Assembly (NCBI GenBank): GCA_035364055.1
Contig: DAOSFV010000001.1
Location: forward strand, 1-41,786
Length of the DNA: 41,786 nucleotides
From: Candidatus Hydrogenedentota bacterium
GTDB lineage: Bacteria; Hydrogenedentota; Hydrogenedentia; Hydrogenedentales; CAITNO01
Direction of reading: 5' to 3'
Shown piece by piece: positions 40,101-41,786 of the stretch (within the stretch, counting starts at the first letter, position 1; the number at the start of each line of letters is the position of its first letter). The notes under the pieces were generated by a model that worked only from the letters and a program-made list of their open reading frames with translations, had not been told where the DNA came from and searched no databases. A program made the position numbers and the translations under genes.

Positions 40101-41786
40101 CTACAGTTCCGGCACGGCCAGGGCGCTGAAGAGGCGTTTCGTGTCCATCTCGAGGAGGCTGAAGGCGGGGTCGTGGACAAGTTTCACGAAGCGGTAGCTG
40201 GCGGTCTGGGGCGGGCCTCCGTGGATCTGCACGGCGATGCCGCCGCTGCGCTCGCCGTCCTTGTTGATGTCGAGGCAGGCGGCGCCGAGCTTCCCGTTGA
40301 TGACCAGCCAGATGGCCGGGCCGACCGCGAGGATCTCGTAGCGGTTCCACTCGCCGGGCTTCACGGCGGCGTCGGCGCGGTCGCTCCAGTCAAGCTTGCC
40401 GCGGCCGTGCTCGTGGTAGAGGCGGCCCCACACGTCCTGCCCGGCGTCGGCCTGGTAGCCGAGGGCCTGTCCGGCCTCGTCCACGGGCTTCGAGCGGAAC
40501 TGGATGCCCGCGTTGGCCGACGGCGGGTCGAGTTTCATGTCGAGGGCGAGGTAGAAGTCGCCGACCGTCACGGGCGCCCAGAGGAACTCGTTGCGGGGGA
40601 TTTTCTTGTCGCTGCCGCCGACGGCCGCGCCGTCCTCGAAGCGCCAGTATTCCGTGTTGCCCTTCCACCCGGCGAGCCCGGCGGCGGGCAGGATGGCGGC
40701 GTCCTCGCGGCCCGTCTTGCCGAGGCCCTTGGCGATGGTGACGGCGGCCTGGACGGCCTCGTTCTTCACCGCCTCGTCGGGGAACTGGCGCAGCACCATT
40801 TCGAGCGCGTCCACGCGCGGGATCTGGGCGAGGCCGCTGAGCACGCGCTTCTTCTCGTCCGCGTTGGCGGCCGACGCGAGCAGTTCGCCGAACAGCCGCA
40901 GGCGCTCGGCCGTCTCGGTCTGGCCGAGGCCGAGCATGCGCACCGCGCCGTCCCGCGCCGCGGTTTTCACCGCGGGGTCGGGCGAGGACAGGGCCATCTC
41001 CATGACGGCGGGCAGGGCGTCGGCGGTGGGCCATTCGCAGACTCCGCGGACCGCCGCGTCCTTCAGGGGGCCGTCCTGCGCGGCGGCGGCCTTCAGCGTG
41101 TCGAGGGCGGCGGCGTTGCCCGTCATCGCCAGCAGGCGCAGGAGCGCGGCCCTCGGCTCGCCGTCGGCGGCGTCATAGGCGGCGCGGAAGGCGTCGGCGA
41201 TCTCGGCGGGGGCGGTGGACGCGGCGAGGGTGAGCTGCTCGCCCTCGGCGGCCGTGCGGACCGCCGGGGAGCCGTTCACGGTGCATTCCACCTGGAGTTT
41301 CTTGTCGAGGCCGGGGGCGGTGTCGTCGAAGAGCGCGTTGGACGCGTCCACAACGGGCGCGCCCGACGCGACAACGCGCGCCACAATCTCCGTGACGTCG
41401 GCGGAGGGGCCGTCGGGCAGGGCGCCGTAGACGGCCTTCGTGACCACGATGTCGGCGGTGACCTTCCGGCTGCGGGCGCACAGGGCGGCAAGCGCGCCTT
41501 CGGCGGCCGTCATTTCCTCCGGCGTGGACGCGCCGGTCAGCCGCCCAAGCAGCATGGGCATCTCGTCCGTGCCCGCGATGTTCCGCAGGGCCCCCAGCGC
41601 GGCCAGGCGCACCGCCGGGTCGGGATCCTCCTCGGCGGCCTTCATGAGCGGGGCATTGGGCTCCTCCAGCCCGCCCGCGCCGACCAGCTTCACGGCGAGG
41701 GCGCGGGTGGCCGGGTCGGCGTCCTTCAGCATGCCCTTGAGAATCTTGTCGCCCCCCTTGCCGGGAAAGTATTTCAGCGACTCCTG
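40101..41786 (-). CDS. HEAT-repeat + DUF1080 (3-keto-disaccharide hydrolase-like jelly-roll) protein, 5'-truncated by the window edge
   Basis: ORF 40101..41732, with the frame open to nt 41786. The N-terminal region has HEAT/PBS-lyase-like repeats: 'DPATRALAVKLVGA', 'DPDPAVRLAALGAL' and 'SPDPAVKTAARDG'. The C-terminal domain reads 'GWKGNTEYWRFEDGAAVGG...RNEFLWAPVTVGDFYLALDMKL...NAGIQFRS...GYQADAG..WGRLYHEHGRG...WNRYEILAVGPAIWLVINGK...GGIAVQIHGG....YRFVKL', which is DUF1080. Confidence 0.8.
   Translation of the reverse strand, partial: QESLKYFPGKGGDKILKGMLKDADPATRALAVKLVGAGGLEEPNAPLMKAAEEDPDPAVRLAALGALRNIAGTDEMPMLLGRLTGASTPEEMTAAEGALAALCARSRKVTADIVVTKAVYGALPDGPSADVTEIVARVVASGAPVVDASNALFDDTAPGLDKKLQVECTVNGSPAVRTAAEGEQLTLAASTAPAEIADAFRAAYDAADGEPRAALLRLLAMTGNAAALDTLKAAAAQDGPLKDAAVRGVCEWPTADALPAVMEMALSSPDPAVKTAARDGAVRMLGLGQTETAERLRLFGELLASAANADEKKRVLSGLAQIPRVDALEMVLRQFPDEAVKNEAVQAAVTIAKGLGKTGREDAAILPAAGLAGWKGNTEYWRFEDGAAVGGSDKKIPRNEFLWAPVTVGDFYLALDMKLDPPSANAGIQFRSKPVDEAGQALGYQADAGQDVWGRLYHEHGRGKLDWSDRADAAVKPGEWNRYEILAVGPAIWLVINGKLGAACLDINKDGERSGGIAVQIHGGPPQTASYRFVKLVHDPAFSLLEMDTKRLFSALAVPEL

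Noticed and set aside
1-41786. tRNA, rRNA, tmRNA or other canonical RNA genes.
   Set aside because: The intergenic regions are short and none shows cloverleaf-compatible arms or rRNA-like conserved blocks by eye. A tRNAscan or Infernal run would be needed to be certain.

Overview
This is a very GC-rich 41.8-kb bacterial chromosomal segment (about 65-75% G+C in hand-counted 60-nt rows). It holds about 34 protein-coding genes. I found no rRNA, tRNA, CRISPR array, transposase or integrase. The gene content looks like a PVC-superphylum or Hydrogenedentes-like organism, but that is inference only. It rests on a type I sulfatase, DUF1593, HEAT+DUF1080, a DUF1559 prepilin-like protein and many Pro/Ala-rich envelope proteins. 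Layout, left to right: sulfatase and DUF1593 (2-2283). LysM/Amidase_3 cell-wall amidase and a secreted coiled-coil protein (2461-6075). Stand-alone E2-type acyltransferase domain (6228-7154). A lower-GC MntA/HepT toxin-antitoxin module whose toxin is interrupted by a TAG exactly at the Tyr of the Rx4HxY motif (7167-7797). 7Fe ferredoxin and DUF1638 (8001-9093). A minus-strand operon of aroB, a TPR protein and two hypotheticals (9101-12148). An 11-gene type II secretion operon gspCDEFGHIJKLM (12486-25327) whose ATPase carries a tandem MshEN-type c-di-GMP-binding motif. DUF72. A membrane-fused spermidine-synthase-like protein followed by GT2 and GT39/TPR glycosyltransferases (26281-32471). A small lipoprotein. 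A DUF1559 pseudopilin-like protein. A FecR/DUF6600 protein plus repeat lipoprotein operon (34151-37729). An alpha/beta hydrolase with a non-canonical nucleophile elbow. An orphan membrane protein bracketed by ~70-bp direct repeats that each carry an AT-rich 21-bp palindrome (three palindrome copies, 38757-40006). A HEAT/DUF1080 protein that runs off the right edge. The most unusual non-coding signals are two. One is this palindrome/direct-repeat family. The other is arrays of a 9-bp unit (GTCCATNNN x4, once as an 82-bp inverted double array) sitting just upstream of extended -10-like promoter motifs at two unrelated loci. I treat the long antisense ORFs in the track as GC-driven shadow ORFs.
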